DNA of 64,000 nt, taken from assembly GCA_030704615.1 (NCBI GenBank), contig CM060731.1, forward strand, positions 92,814,001 to 92,878,000. The letters are read 5' to 3'. Shown piece after piece: positions 62,423-64,000 of the stretch (positions are counted from its first letter, which is position 1; each line of letters starts with the position of its first letter). The notes beneath the pieces were generated by a model that ran no database searches, was not told the DNA's origin, and was given only the letters and a program-made list of their open reading frames with translations. Source of the stretch: Takakia lepidozioides (taxonomy: Eukaryota; Plantae; Bryophyta). A program made the translations under genes and the position numbers.

Positions 62423-63056
62423 TGTTAGAGGGCTGCTTGGGACTTAGACGCTTTTACGGGTTCTGTGGGGTACCCTTAATTTTTGCACAGACTGAGACCA
62501 ACAGGAGCCTTAGAGGTGGCAGCAGCAGGCTTTAGGGGGGTTACACAGCCAACACAGCCCGCCACAGCTTTGCACAGCCCGACATAGCCGACACAGTCCG
62601 TCACAGCCAGTCATAGCCGACACAGCCCGACACAGCCAGTCACAACCAGCCACAGCCGCCACAGCTTCGCACAGCCCGTCACAGCCAGCCACAGCCGACA
62701 CAGCCAATTACAGCCCGACACCTTGACATTGGCCTAGTACCTGATAAATCATAATCTGATACTTATTCGATACAAGCACACTATGTAGAGAGACATGAGG
62801 GAAGCTGTGAAATGAATGCATGATAAACTGGAACTAAGTAGATACTGAAGCAATCTGATGCTTTAGTATCAGATAAGGTAAATTGATAACATGAAGGCAA
62901 GAAGGAATACAAATGGGAAGCACAACCATGATTCACTAGCTGCAGGTCATGACTGATTGTACTGAGCGGGCTGAGTGCTTAGAGATATCCAACTCTTCTA
63001 TCTTGGAGTTTCCACCTCGGATAGCGAAGGGATGGGTGAGTAAAAGCCGCTCGACA
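62423..63056 (+). repeat. 3' LTR with internal deletion (about 62722), inserted in a Mutator-like transposase
   Basis: TGTTAGAGGGCTGC...GCCGCTCGACA, followed directly by transposase sequence. Confidence 0.9.
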
Positions 63057-64000
63057 AGCGTGCGAATATTCTTGTCAGCTCGCCATGAATCCTCTTCTCC
63101 GCCAGGTGCCTCGTCAAGTCTTCGTCTCACTGGACGGGTGTGAACATCTCCTTCCAAGTGTTGGCCTCTTCAAAGCAATGGCGTGTCCCGAAGGCCCTCT
63201 CGCAATGCTACCGCCCACTTCCAAGGATTCTTCGATCTGGAAGCAGTCTGCATCAGCATTTCCTGCCTGTCCAGCCCCAAGCCCCACTGTTTCCCTTTCA
63301 AGAACTTGTTGTACCTGCATTGCTGCATAATTGACCTCACAATGTCCTCCGTTGTGGCAGTGAGGATGTCCACCAGATGCGCCGCAGAGGAGGCACGCCA
63401 TGAAGAATGTACTGATTCGGCCATGTTTGTTGTTGGCATGTCGGTGTCGGAGTCGAGACACATTTCCTGCACATGCACATGTTCAGGTTACAAGCAAGTT
63501 ACAAATAATGAGTAGCATAATATTCAACGGGACGCGAATTCGTCCAACTCACCTCCCGCATATAGTCGCCGAACTGGAGGAAACGTTAATGCCACCATGC
63601 TAGCCAACTGACCATTGCTCCCTCGTCTGATTTCTTTACAGCACCTGACATTGTCCACCAAGCTCGTATACATGCAAACTGTGTTTCTACATCATCCAAA
63701 GTGGGAGCACGCTTCCACACAAGACACATGGAACGGTACTCCTCTCTGAAATCTGGCGCCACGAGCCTGGGGGTGTATTGCGACAAGCTCTGCAGAAAAT
63801 GGAACCCACGAGATCTCTCCTTGCCTTTCATGGGAACATTGGGGTCTTCCCTGTACACCCTTCGGATGACAGCCCAATTTGCTTGTGCATTGTCCGCCAT
63901 GAAACCTTGGAAATTGGGAGGGGGCAATCCTGCCCTGGCCATCTGTTCGTTTATTCCCTGCCAAAGAAGCATCTCCAATTGTGTGTCCTCTCATTTCATC
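63057..64000 (-). pseudogene. Family B transposase, third copy (DDE region), running off the window
   Basis: FMADNAQANW...GFHFLQSL...WLAWWH, the same intron as copy 2, and TTNMAESVHSSW. Confidence 0.9.

Overview
Eukaryotic, almost entirely transposon-derived window, probably from a seed-free land plant (inference from spliceosomal introns, plant-type Ty3/Gypsy elements and a COMT-like exon). It is a nest of four TE groups. (1) A Tat/Ogre-like Gypsy family with a tRNA-Arg-like PBS, a conserved 5' extra ORF and a ~1100-aa 3' extra ORF, present as several broken copies. (2) A chromovirus-type Gypsy. (3) A non-autonomous CACTA element (7195-11890, TSD AGA) carrying host gene fragments. (4) Two related families of Mutator-like DNA transposons. 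The main finding is an 11.7-kb Mutator-like element with both termini (17502-29239, short TIRs, 9-bp TSD). It encodes head-to-head a GCM-like zinc-finger/DDE transposase (C-terminal SWIM finger seen in the second copy) and a multi-exon gene fusing a ParB/Srx-like domain to a beta-class (N4C/N6A-type) DNA methyltransferase fold. Its non-coding DNA is packed with 22-bp palindromes GGAAAT-N-CGGCGCCG-N'-ATTTCC whose variable positions co-vary between arrays and families. This suggests a TE-encoded, site-loaded DNA-modification or anti-silencing system, which is untested. No intact host gene was recognised. All domain calls are motif recognition by eye, without database searches.
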